DNA of 64,000 bases from an uncultured bacterium (GTDB lineage: Bacteria; Actinomycetota; Coriobacteriia; Coriobacteriales; Eggerthellaceae). The stretch spans positions 11,454-75,453 of the forward strand of contig CAJMPP010000005.1 of NCBI GenBank assembly GCA_905215325.1. The letters are read 5' to 3'. Of this stretch, positions 1 through 8,195 are shown piece after piece. A model generated the notes under the pieces. That model was not told where the DNA came from and searched no databases. It saw only the letters and a program-made list of their open reading frames with translations. Within the stretch, counting starts at the first letter, position 1; the number at the start of each line of letters is the position of its first letter. Both the position numbers and the translations under genes were made by a program.

Positions 1-1867
1 TATTGGGCAGCTTGGAGAACAGCTTCTGGTAACGCTTGTACTCAGGCTCTACCATAACGCGCTCTTCGACAGGACGCTCGACGAAGACACCCTTGTCGTT
101 CTTGGGGTCGCGGAGCTCTTCCAGCGTGAAACCGGAGCCCTCGAGCAGCTGGCGAAGCATGCCGTCGGTGTCACCGCCCCACCAGTCCTTCTCGAAGCCC
201 ATACGCTTTGCAAGCTCGGCATAGATGCGATAGTCCGACATGGATTCGCCCAGGGGCTCGATAAGCTTGTGGTTGAGGCCCAGGAACGTGCCCTCAAGAC
301 GGTTCTTGATGCCCAGCTGATCGGATGCCTCATACTGGGTGCAAGCAGGCAGAACGATGTCGCAATAATTGCACGTGTCGTTCCAGTTCGTATCCATACA
401 GAAATGGAAATCAAGCTTGGCCAGGCATTCCGCCGTACGCTTAGGCTGACGCAGGCAGGAAAGCGAGTTGGTTGCATGCGAGAAAATGACACGGGGCTTC
501 TTCGGGTGGTCCGAATCGATGGCCTCGATCACACGCGGATTGCACGAGGAGAGCGAATAGGCAAAATCCTTGTAGAAATCGCGCGGGAACTCAGGGCACA
601 GCAGCTTGGAGGTACCAGCGGGCCAGCCATGCTCGATGTCCTCGGGCGTAGCCTCGAGCTTGTCGAACTCGTGGAAGGTGGGCAGGAACCAATCCATGTC
701 GGAAATCTCAAACAACGGAGGCGGAAGCTGCAGGCCGGCGCCGTTGCCGCCGGGAACGTCGAGATTGCCCGTGATCGCCTGAATCAGGAAGATCGACACA
801 GCGGTCCACGTACCGTCGTTGGTCTGGTCGCCAAAGCCGTTGCCATCCATCAGAGCCATGGGCTTGATGGTGCCCATCATGCGGGCGATCTGATAAATCT
901 GCTCGACGGGAACACCCGTGATCTCGCTTGCCCACTCGGGCGTGAACTGCTTCACATGCTCGGCAAGCTTGTCGAAGCCGTTGACCCAGTTATCGCAGAA
1001 ATCGTGATCGTAGAGGTCCTCGCCGATGATGACATGCAAGATCGCCAGCGCCAAAGCGCCGTCGGTACCAGGACGAACGGGTACCCAGATGTCAGAGTGC
1101 GCGCCAAGCGTATTGAGCATCGGGCGAATGTCGATGGTGACCATGCCGCGATCGCGCTGGTCGAGACGATTCGCGTTCTGGCCGCGCGTCTGATTGACGC
1201 CGGTATTCTCCTTGTTATGACCCCAGCAAACCAGCAGGTTGGTCTTGTCGATCTGGCCGGGGAACGTGGAGGCCGAACCGATGGTGCAGGCCTTCGTGGT
1301 TTCGCGCTGGTCCCAGCAGATGCCGTTATGGCACCAGTTGGGCGAACCATACAGGTTAAGGAAGCGCTGACCCAAAACGTCGACAACCTCGGCGGACTGA
1401 CCGGACAAGATGAAGAACGTCTCGGGACCGTACTCCTCGGCCGCCTTCTTCAGCGCGTTGGCGATGGCGTCGAGAGCCTCGTCCCAGCTGATGCGCTCAA
1501 ACTTGCCGCTTCCCTTCTCGCCCACAAGCTTCATGGGATACAGGATACGGGAAGGGTCATACACGAGCTGGGGTGCAGAGTTGCCCTTCGCGCAGAGCGT
1601 GCAAGTGCCATGGTCGCCGTTGTTGCCTGCCCAGGGGTTACCCTCAACGTGCTTGAAAACGCCGTCCTCCACCGTGCACAACGTACCGCAATACGTCTCG
1701 GAAACGCCGCACATCTGGCACCACATGTGCTTAACTTCGACCTTGCCCTTCGGGGCTTCCTCTGCGGCAGATGCCACAAGCGGAGTAGCCGCCATGCCCG
1801 TCACTGCGGTCATGGCGCCAAGCGCAGCGGCTCCCTTAAGAAAACCTCGTCTTGAGATCTCCCCCAT
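1..1867 (-). CDS. Molybdopterin (bis-MGD, DMSO-reductase superfamily) oxidoreductase catalytic subunit, TAT-exported. The 5' part only; the gene runs off the left edge.
   Basis: Absent from the ORF track because it is open at the window edge. Manual minus-strand translation from ATG 1867 (RBS GGAGGG 5 nt upstream) gives MGEISRRGFLKGAAALGAMT... This is a twin-arginine signal followed by an N-terminal Cys cluster (HMWCQMCGVSETYCGTLC), then GNPWAGNNGDHGTCTLCAKGNS, RISWDEALDAIA and VPVRPGTDGALALA, all typical of MopB enzymes. The frame is continuous to position 1. Confidence 0.85.
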   Translation of the reverse strand, partial: MGEISRRGFLKGAAALGAMTAVTGMAATPLVASAAEEAPKGKVEVKHMWCQMCGVSETYCGTLCTVEDGVFKHVEGNPWAGNNGDHGTCTLCAKGNSAPQLVYDPSRILYPMKLVGEKGSGKFERISWDEALDAIANALKKAAEEYGPETFFILSGQSAEVVDVLGQRFLNLYGSPNWCHNGICWDQRETTKACTIGSASTFPGQIDKTNLLVCWGHNKENTGVNQTRGQNANRLDQRDRGMVTIDIRPMLNTLGAHSDIWVPVRPGTDGALALAILHVIIGEDLYDHDFCDNWVNGFDKLAEHVKQFTPEWASEITGVPVEQIYQIARMMGTIKPMALMDGNGFGDQTNDGTWTAVSIFLIQAITGNLDVPGGNGAGLQLPPPLFEISDMDWFLPTFHEFDKLEATPEDIEHGWPAGTSKLLCPEFPRDFYKDFAYSLSSCNPRVIEAIDSDHPKKPRVIFSHATNSLSCLRQPKRTAECLAKLDFHFCMDTNWNDTCNYCDIVLPACTQYEASDQLGIKNRLEGTFLGLNHKLIEPLGESMSDYRIYAELAKRMGFEKDWWGGDTDGMLRQLLEGSGFTLEELRDPKNDKGVFVERPVEERVMVEPEYKRYQKLFSKLPN

Positions 1868-1974
1868 GATTCCCTCCTATCTCAGACATACAACTCAGCG
1901 GTGCATCCCGCTTTCATAGGCTTCTTTCGCCTATTTGCATATTGTCATATTACCGTAATTCATTAATTTTTATA

Positions 1975-2037
1975 TTATCCTATTTTTAGGATAAGGAAAT
2001 CGGTATTCGAAATTGATGCAACCAACTTCGAATACCG
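1975..2037. promoter_or_regulatory. Two dyad symmetries in the AT-rich region upstream of the Mo-oxidoreductase gene; candidate LysR-type operator sites
   Basis: TTATCCTA-N4-TAGGATAA at 1975-1994. CGGTATTCGAA-N15-TTCGAATACCG at 2001-2037. Both lie 110-170 nt upstream of the ATG at 1867, just downstream of a LysR gene, in a locally AT-rich stretch. Confidence 0.35.
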
Positions 2038-2305
2038 AGCATCAGAAAACGAAATGCCCAGGTTAGAGTGTTATTTTCCGATAACGGCAAAAGAAGATGC
2101 ATTCGTCAACGATGAGGCTGGCGTTGGAGATGCTGGCAAAGTTCCGTACCGATTAGGTGCTGGAAAAGTTGGAGCGGTCAAGGTTTCTTGGATGGAACGA
2201 TGGGCTTCTTCGAGCACCCGGCCCGCATGTCTCATTGCCATCTTGCATCGCCTGCTCGATCGAGCCCTGAAGAAACCGCGGCAGCCCCTGCGATACCGCA
2301 AGCAG

Positions 2306-3172
2306 CTAAGCCTCGATATGCGAGCTCATGTAATCGATGAACTTCCTGGTGGCGATGGGCATGGTTTCCCAGCTTCGCCATGCCGCCACCACGTCGCGCG
2401 ATGGCGCCGCCGCGATCGGAAGCACCTTGATGTCGGCGCGCACACCCTCCACGGTGCGGCGATAGAGCATGCTGACGCCCAAGCCCTCCTCGACCATCGC
2501 CATGATGGTGTAGTCGTCGGTCACCTCGCCCGTCACCAGCGGCTGCAGCCCATGGGCGGCAAACGCATCGAGCACCAGGCTCTGCTCGCCCTCGTCAAGT
2601 AGAAGGAAAGGTTCGGCCGCCAGATCTTCAAGCGTCACCTGCTCTTTAGCGGCCAGCGGATGTTCGGAGGACACCAGCGCCACCATCTCGTCGTGATAGA
2701 CCATATGCATGTCCAGACCTGCCGTGAAACCCCGCGCGGTAAAGCAAAAATCGACCGCGCCGTCATGCACCCACTGGGCATTGCGCGTGTAATCGCCCTG
2801 CTTAAGGGTGAAGTGCACGCCAGGATGCAAAGAGCTGAATCCGCGGATCACGCGCGGCAGCACGGTACGGCTCACGTTGGTGAAGGTTGCGATGCGGATG
2901 TCGGTCGAGGACAGGCCTAGCAACTCTTGGCGCTTTCCCTCAAGCTCGGCCTCGGCCGTCACGATCTGGCGCAGGTAGGGCAGATACTGCTTCCCGTCGC
3001 GCGTGAGCGAAACGCCCTGCTTGCCCCGCTCCAGAATCGTGGTTCCCAGCTCGCGCTCGAGCGCCTTGACCGCCTGGCTGACCGCGCTTTGCGTGTAGCC
3101 CAGCTCGTCGGCTGCCGCCTTAAGGCTCCCGCGATCGACCACCGCGCAAACGACCTGATACCGTGATGCCAT
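2306..3172 (-). CDS. LysR-family transcriptional regulator
   Basis: 288 aa. N-terminal wHTH LKAAADELGYTQSAVSQAVKALERELG, followed by a typical LTTR substrate-binding domain. Confidence 0.9.
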   Translation of the reverse strand: MASRYQVVCAVVDRGSLKAAADELGYTQSAVSQAVKALERELGTTILERGKQGVSLTRDGKQYLPYLRQIVTAEAELEGKRQELLGLSSTDIRIATFTNVSRTVLPRVIRGFSSLHPGVHFTLKQGDYTRNAQWVHDGAVDFCFTARGFTAGLDMHMVYHDEMVALVSSEHPLAAKEQVTLEDLAAEPFLLLDEGEQSLVLDAFAAHGLQPLVTGEVTDDYTIMAMVEEGLGVSMLYRRTVEGVRADIKVLPIAAAPSRDVVAAWRSWETMPIATRKFIDYMSSHIEA

Positions 3173-3331
3173 AAAGCCTCCGTAGCAAAAAAGACCGTGA
3201 CACCTTTTGCCCGGCCTGTTTATCTTCTATTAGCATTGCTTAATCATACTGAAGATACATTCGCTTTACTACATCGTTCTAACAGCGCACAATCCTTTTC
3301 GTTGAAACGATTTCGAAACAGAAGGAATCCC

Positions 3332-4240
3332 ATGGACCGCAAAAAGGCAATCGCGCTCTCGTTTTCCGTCCCCGTCGCATGGGGCTTCTCATACCCCTTG
3401 ATGAAGATCGGCATGGAGGGCATGAACGCCACGAGCATCGTCGCGCTGCGCTGCACCATCGCCTTCATCGTCTGCGTGCTGCTTTTCCACAAGTGCACCT
3501 TCCGCATCAGCCGCAACCTCATCGTTCGCGCCGCCATCATCGGCGCCATCATGGCGGTCGAGCTTACGTGCATGTGCCTGGGATCGAGCCTCACCTCCGC
3601 TTCCACGGCCGGCTTTTTGCAGAGCCTGACGGTGGTGATCGTGCCGTTCGCCAACGCGTTGCTGCTGCGCCGAGCCCCCGAGCGCAAGGTGCTCGTCGGC
3701 ATCGCCATCGTCACCGGCGGCATGCTGCTGCTCTCGGGCGCCGACTTCACCAGCCTCAACCCCGGCGCGCTCGTCATGCTGCTTTCGGCCTTCGTCTACG
3801 CCGCCCACATCATCATCAGCAAGCGCTTCGTCGAACAGGTCGACCCGCTGGCTTTGGGTGTTTGGCAGCTGGCCTTCGCCGGCCTGTTCTCGGGCATCGG
3901 GGCGGCCGCGCTCGGCGGCATCACGTTTCCCAGCACCCCGACCGAGCTCACGGTCATCGTCGCCCTCGCGCTCATCTGCTCGGCTTACGGCTTCATCACC
4001 CAGGCTTACGTGCAGCCGCATGTTCCCGCCGAGACCACCGGGTTCGCCTTCTCGCTCGAGCCGGTCTGTTCTGCGGTGTTCTCGTTTTTCCTTGTTGGCG
4101 AGGTCTTGACCCCCATCGCCTTCCTGGGTGCGGCGCTCATCATGGCCGGCGTGTTCGTCGCCACCATCGAACCGCCTCGCCTGCATGCCCCGGCCTATCC
4201 GCAAGAGGCGATGGCGGTGGAACCCAAGCGGGTTTCGTAA
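3332..4240 (+). CDS. EamA/DMT-family transporter (10-TM drug/metabolite exporter type)
   Basis: The track ORF is 3197-4240. The preferred start is ATG 3332 (MDRKKAIALSF...), with GAAGGA 6 nt upstream. Hydrophobic throughout, with two EamA-like halves. Confidence 0.8.
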   Translation: MDRKKAIALSFSVPVAWGFSYPLMKIGMEGMNATSIVALRCTIAFIVCVLLFHKCTFRISRNLIVRAAIIGAIMAVELTCMCLGSSLTSASTAGFLQSLTVVIVPFANALLLRRAPERKVLVGIAIVTGGMLLLSGADFTSLNPGALVMLLSAFVYAAHIIISKRFVEQVDPLALGVWQLAFAGLFSGIGAAALGGITFPSTPTELTVIVALALICSAYGFITQAYVQPHVPAETTGFAFSLEPVCSAVFSFFLVGEVLTPIAFLGAALIMAGVFVATIEPPRLHAPAYPQEAMAVEPKRVS

Positions 4241-4260
4241 GCCGCTCCCCGATCGCGCGC

Positions 4261-4416
4261 AACGTCTATTCGGAGATACCGCCAAAGGTCGAATACGAAT
4301 TGAGCGAAATCGGCCACAAGTTCCAAAACGTGCTAGCGGCACTCGAAGTCTGGGGAAACGAGTACATCGAATACCTGAAAGGGCGCAACGACACCTCAAC
4401 CCGCTACAGTTAAGTG
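4261..4416 (+). pseudogene. 3' remnant of an HxlR-type winged-helix regulator gene
   Basis: A different frame, directly after the DMT stop, reads NVYSEIPPKVEYELSEIGHKFQNVLAALEVWGNEYIEYLKGRNDTSTRYS*. This matches the wing and C-terminal helix signature of HxlR regulators (PPrVEYxLTxxGxxLxpvLxxLxxWG). There is no start codon and no N-terminal HTH. GC content is locally lower. Confidence 0.6.
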
Positions 4417-4440
4417 CGCAAAAGCGGAGCAACCGCTCCC

Positions 4441-5283
4441 CTACAGCGCCTTCATGCGCACGCTCATGTCGAGGGGTTTGGCGAAATGCAGGCAGGTGGT
4501 GGCCAGGCCGTCCACGCCGGTGGCCGCGTACTCGGCGGCATTGCCCAGGTTGACGCCGCCTGCGGCGATGAGCGTAACGTGCGGATTGATGGCCTTGAGC
4601 TGCGGCACCAGCTGCGCGACCTGCTCAGGCGCCACCTTGTCAAGCTGCACGCCGTCGACGCCGGCCTCCACCAGGCGCGCGGCGTCTTCTATGCTCGACT
4701 CGACGAACAGCTTCTTCTCGCACACCTTCGCCTTGAGCTGCGGCACGTCGGCGATGAACTTCTCAAGCCCGCCATAGAAGGTCAGGTGGTGCTCGAACAC
4801 GAGCACTGTCTCGCTCAGCCCCAGGCGATGCGGGAACGCGCCGCCTACCGTGAGAGCCTTGACGTCGAAGGGCTTGGTGCCGGGCATGAGCTTGCGGGTG
4901 GAAAGCACCTCACACAGCAGGTTCACGGCATGCACGGCATCCACCATCTGCTTGGCCTTGGTAGCGAGCGCGCAATAGTACTCGAAGATGTTCAGGCAGA
5001 TCTTCCAGCCCATATGCAGGCCGGCAGCAGGGCCTTCAACGGTCATGAATACATCGCCGGGCGCAAGCATGCTGCCGCTGGGAAGCGCCTCAACAACCGT
5101 GCAGCCGAAACGGCCGAAGATGCGGGCAGCCTCCTCGGTCCCGCAAAGCAGGGCCGCATCGCGCGTGTAGTACTCCATGCGACCTGCCTGCCCGCCGATG
5201 CCCAACACATGCGTGGTCAGGTCGATCCCGCTGGGGATGTCGGAGGCGATAAGCTCATCGAGATAGCTGTCCGGGATATACAT
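4441..5283 (-). CDS. modD: ModD protein (nicotinate-nucleotide pyrophosphorylase-like, molybdenum-uptake-operon associated)
   Basis: The track ORF is 4441-5433. The preferred start is ATG 5283 (MYIPDSYLDELI...), with AAGGAGGA upstream. It shows a QPRTase-like fold signature (TRKLMPGTKPFDVKALTVGGAFPHRLGLSE, IAAGGVN) and sits downstream of modCBA. Confidence 0.75.
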   Translation of the reverse strand: MYIPDSYLDELIASDIPSGIDLTTHVLGIGGQAGRMEYYTRDAALLCGTEEAARIFGRFGCTVVEALPSGSMLAPGDVFMTVEGPAAGLHMGWKICLNIFEYYCALATKAKQMVDAVHAVNLLCEVLSTRKLMPGTKPFDVKALTVGGAFPHRLGLSETVLVFEHHLTFYGGLEKFIADVPQLKAKVCEKKLFVESSIEDAARLVEAGVDGVQLDKVAPEQVAQLVPQLKAINPHVTLIAAGGVNLGNAAEYAATGVDGLATTCLHFAKPLDMSVRMKAL

Positions 5284-5413
5284 ATGATTCCTCCTTGCGC
5301 TGCTTAGCGCGTGGTTTTCCTTCATGACGATGATACCGCTTGCCGGGACCGCAACGCACGCGGCATCGGCACCCGTTGCCGGCGCGCCAACGCCAGACAC
5401 GGCCTTCCGCCGC

Positions 5414-6145
5414 CTACCGCAGCTCGCCCCCACCGCGGCCCAGAAACGCCATCACCTGCGGGCAGAACTCGCGCGTGAACAGCTCGTCGGCAGGGCACAC
5501 GGCCTGCAGCGCGCCATCCAAGATGATGCCTGCGCGGTGCCCCAGGCAGCACGCCTCGTTGAAGTCGTGCGTGACGAAGACCACGGTGCACCCGAAACGG
5601 CCGTGCACGTCACGCAGGGTTTCGTACATGCGCTTCTTGGTGGTGGGGTCAAGCGCCGAGAAAGGCTCGTCGAGCAGCAAGATCTCGGGTTGGAGCACCA
5701 AGGCCCGCGCCAGGGCCGTGCGCTGGCCCTCGCCGCCGCTGATGATGCCGGGATAACGGTCGGCGATATGGCGAATGGAGAACAGCTCGAGCATCTCGTC
5801 TACGCGCCGGGCCGCCTCCGCCTTCGGAACGCGCGCCATCCTCAGGCCGTAGCCGATGTTCTCCGCAACCGTCATATGCGGGAACAACGCATGGTCCTGG
5901 TAAACGATCCCCAACCGCCGCTGCTGCACGGGCAGGCGGCGGATATCCTTGCCATCAAGCAGGATGCTTCCGCCCGCCAGGGGAAACGCGCCGGCTATCG
6001 CCTCAAGCAGCACGGTTTTGCCCGCCCCCGTCTCCCCCACGATGGCGAATATCTCGTGCGGTTCGATATGCAAGCCGTCAACGCGCAGCGAAAAGCTGCC
6101 GCGGCGCGCCACCATATCGCGGACCTCGATGCTGCCGCCGCTCAT
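5414..6145 (-). CDS. modC: ABC transporter ATP-binding protein (molybdate/tungstate-type), with no C-terminal TOBE domain
   Basis: 243 aa. Walker A GETGAGKT, signature ISGGEGQR, Walker B LLLDEPFSALD. Overlaps the permease gene by 4 nt. Confidence 0.8.
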   Translation of the reverse strand: MSGGSIEVRDMVARRGSFSLRVDGLHIEPHEIFAIVGETGAGKTVLLEAIAGAFPLAGGSILLDGKDIRRLPVQQRRLGIVYQDHALFPHMTVAENIGYGLRMARVPKAEAARRVDEMLELFSIRHIADRYPGIISGGEGQRTALARALVLQPEILLLDEPFSALDPTTKKRMYETLRDVHGRFGCTVVFVTHDFNEACCLGHRAGIILDGALQAVCPADELFTREFCPQVMAFLGRGGGELR

Positions 6146-7032
6146 CGCTTTCCCTCACATTCCCCGCATGCCCTCATGCGTCTCACGCCCAAACCCTTGC
6201 CGGCCCTTCCCACGCGGCTTGCTCCCGTGGGACGGTCGAGCACGTTCGCCACCACCAGCGTGAACGCCGAGACCAGCAGCATGATCATGGCGGTTGCCAT
6301 GGCGGTCTCGGTGTTGCCGGTGGAGATGCTCAGGTAGATGCTGCCGGGAAGGGTCTCGGTCTTCATGCGCGTCACGCCCACGAGCATGAGCGTGGCCCCG
6401 AATTCGCCCATACCGCGCGCCCAAGTCAGCACGAAGGCGCTGATGATCTGGTTGCGGCACATGGGCACGATGATGGTGCGGAACACGTCCCAGGGCATGG
6501 CGCCCAGCGTCTGCGCCACGAACTCCACGCGCGGATTGACGCCGGCGAAGGCCGTGCGCATCATGCGGATGGCGAAGGGGAGGTTCACGATCATCTGGGC
6601 GAACACGATGCCCGCAGGCGAGAAGACCACGGCGAAGCCCGCTTCCTTGAGCGCCTTCCCGAACGGCGACGAGAAGATCAGCAGCAAGGCGAAGCCGAGC
6701 AGGATATAAGGCAGCGACAGCGTCAGCTCCATCAAGATCTCGGCCAGGCGCTTGCCGGGAAACGCAACATGGGACAACGCATAGGCGGTCGGCAGCGACA
6801 GCAACAGGCAGATGATGGTGGATATGCTCGAGGTGGTCACGCTCATGCGCAAGGAGAACAGCACCTCCTCGGAGCTGATGGCCTCGCCGAAATGCGAGAT
6901 GCCGCCCGCCACAATAGCGAAGATGGCGCTCCCGATGAACAGGAGCACCATCCCCGTTACCAGCATGCACAATGCCGGGAAGATGTTGCGCTTGCGGCCT
7001 CTGTGACGTTTTGGCTCAAGTGCCGCAGACAT
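6142..7032 (-). CDS. modB: ABC transporter permease, ModB/CysT family
   Basis: 296 aa, multi-TM, with an EAA-type loop: TLGAMPWDVFRTIIVPMCRN...ARGMGEFGATLMLVG...ETLPGSIY. Confidence 0.8.
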   Translation of the reverse strand: MSAALEPKRHRGRKRNIFPALCMLVTGMVLLFIGSAIFAIVAGGISHFGEAISSEEVLFSLRMSVTTSSISTIICLLLSLPTAYALSHVAFPGKRLAEILMELTLSLPYILLGFALLLIFSSPFGKALKEAGFAVVFSPAGIVFAQMIVNLPFAIRMMRTAFAGVNPRVEFVAQTLGAMPWDVFRTIIVPMCRNQIISAFVLTWARGMGEFGATLMLVGVTRMKTETLPGSIYLSISTGNTETAMATAMIMLLVSAFTLVVANVLDRPTGASRVGRAGKGLGVRRMRACGECEGKR

Positions 7033-7035
7033 ACG

Positions 7036-7854
7036 TTACACCAGCTCGTAACCGAACTTGGTCCAGATGCCCTTAGCGGTTTCGCTCTGCAGGAACTCGG
7101 AGAAGGCCTTGACGGCGTCGGCATCGGCGGCGCAGGTCAGCTCGGCGCTGGGCACGGTCTTGACATAGCCCTCCATGCCGGAGTTCTCCAGGATGGTCAG
7201 GCCGTCCTTGCCCGCGTTCTCCTTCCACACGATGGCGGCGTCGCCCTCGCCCTTGGCCAGCGCCTCGGCGATCTGCGGAGCCGTGGTGGAAGTGGTGATG
7301 GCGCCGGAGGCCTTGACCTGCTCCATGATGCCGGCATCGGTCATGGCCTTGACGGCGATCTTGCCGATCGGCGTGGACTCAGGGTCGCCCAGCAGAAGGG
7401 TGTCGCACTTCACAAGATCGCCGACGGTCTGGATACCCTTGGGGTTGTCGGCGGGCACCACCAGGACGGGAATGTGCTTGACCAGGTCGGTGCTGGTGGC
7501 AACATGATCGCTGACGGGCTTGAGCTCATCGGCGGAGCCGGCGATGAAGAAATCGCCCTCCTGCGTGGTGTTGATCTGCGTCTGGATCTGCGCGGCGTTG
7601 GCGAAGGTGATGTTCATCTCGCACCCGGTTTCGGCCTTGAAGGCGTCCGCGATCTCCTGGAACGGCTTGGTCATGCCAGCGCCGCAATAGATGTTGAGGC
7701 TCTTGCCCTCAAGGCTGGCTGCAGCGGTCTGCTCCGGCTGCTCGGCGGCCTGCTCGCCCTTGTCGGAGGAGCATCCTGCCAGCACGCCGCAGGCAAGCAC
7801 GGCGCTTAGCGCCACTACCGCGATTGCGGCCAAACGGGTTTTCGTCTTTTTCAT
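7036..7854 (-). CDS. modA: Molybdate/tungstate ABC transporter substrate-binding lipoprotein
   Basis: The track ORF is 7036-7902. The preferred start is ATG 7854 (MKKTKTRLAAIAVVALSAVLACGVLAGCSS), which gives a signal peptide with lipobox LAGC. The fold is ModA-like type II periplasmic binding protein. Confidence 0.75.
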   Translation of the reverse strand: MKKTKTRLAAIAVVALSAVLACGVLAGCSSDKGEQAAEQPEQTAAASLEGKSLNIYCGAGMTKPFQEIADAFKAETGCEMNITFANAAQIQTQINTTQEGDFFIAGSADELKPVSDHVATSTDLVKHIPVLVVPADNPKGIQTVGDLVKCDTLLLGDPESTPIGKIAVKAMTDAGIMEQVKASGAITTSTTAPQIAEALAKGEGDAAIVWKENAGKDGLTILENSGMEGYVKTVPSAELTCAADADAVKAFSEFLQSETAKGIWTKFGYELV

Positions 7855-7928
7855 AGCGGTTCCCTTCTTTTTGTCCCCATACCACCAGGCGCCCCTCCGC
7901 ATGCGAAGGGGCGCCTGTCGTTTCGCCG

Positions 7929-7958
7929 ATTATATACGGTCGATGATAATATTTGCAA
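7929..7958 (-). promoter_or_regulatory. Sigma-70-like promoter for modA
   Basis: The minus strand reads TTGCAA-N18-TATAAT, about 75 nt upstream of the modA ATG, inside an AT-rich patch. Confidence 0.45.
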
Positions 7959-8195
7959 GAGCATATAATTGCGAACGAGAATAACCGCTTGCAACGGCTG
8001 ATGGTTCACGGCTGGGCACATATAGGAAGAAATGCCTGGTCATAAAGCGTTGCTCTATAGCCCGGAACCGCAGAGCCCGTCGGCGCACCGCAATCACGAA
8101 GATACTTGATATCGAGACGATCAAGGAAACGGGCCTATCCCGTCAAAACCTCAAGCACGGATGATCGCGTCGAAGCCACCGACACCCCTTCCCCG

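Noticed and set aside
269-1855. 528-aa plus-strand ORF covering the left end of the window
   Set aside because: It is the antisense frame of the Mo-oxidoreductase gene. It has Arg/Ala/Gly/Leu-rich low-complexity composition and no recognisable motifs. The minus-strand frame has a clear TAT signal and MopB motifs.
2054-2305. Small ORFs (76 aa minus strand, and the start of the 182-aa plus-strand ORF) between lysR and the oxidoreductase
   Set aside because: All three minus-strand frames and the plus-strand frame were inspected. There are no motifs and no RBS, and the composition drifts toward AT. I treat this as promoter/operator DNA.
7855-8195. Molybdenum-cofactor riboswitch upstream of modA
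   Set aside because: The conserved Moco-motif helices and loops were not recognisable by eye. The region is mostly AT-rich promoter-like sequence plus one simple hairpin. An Infernal scan is needed for certainty.
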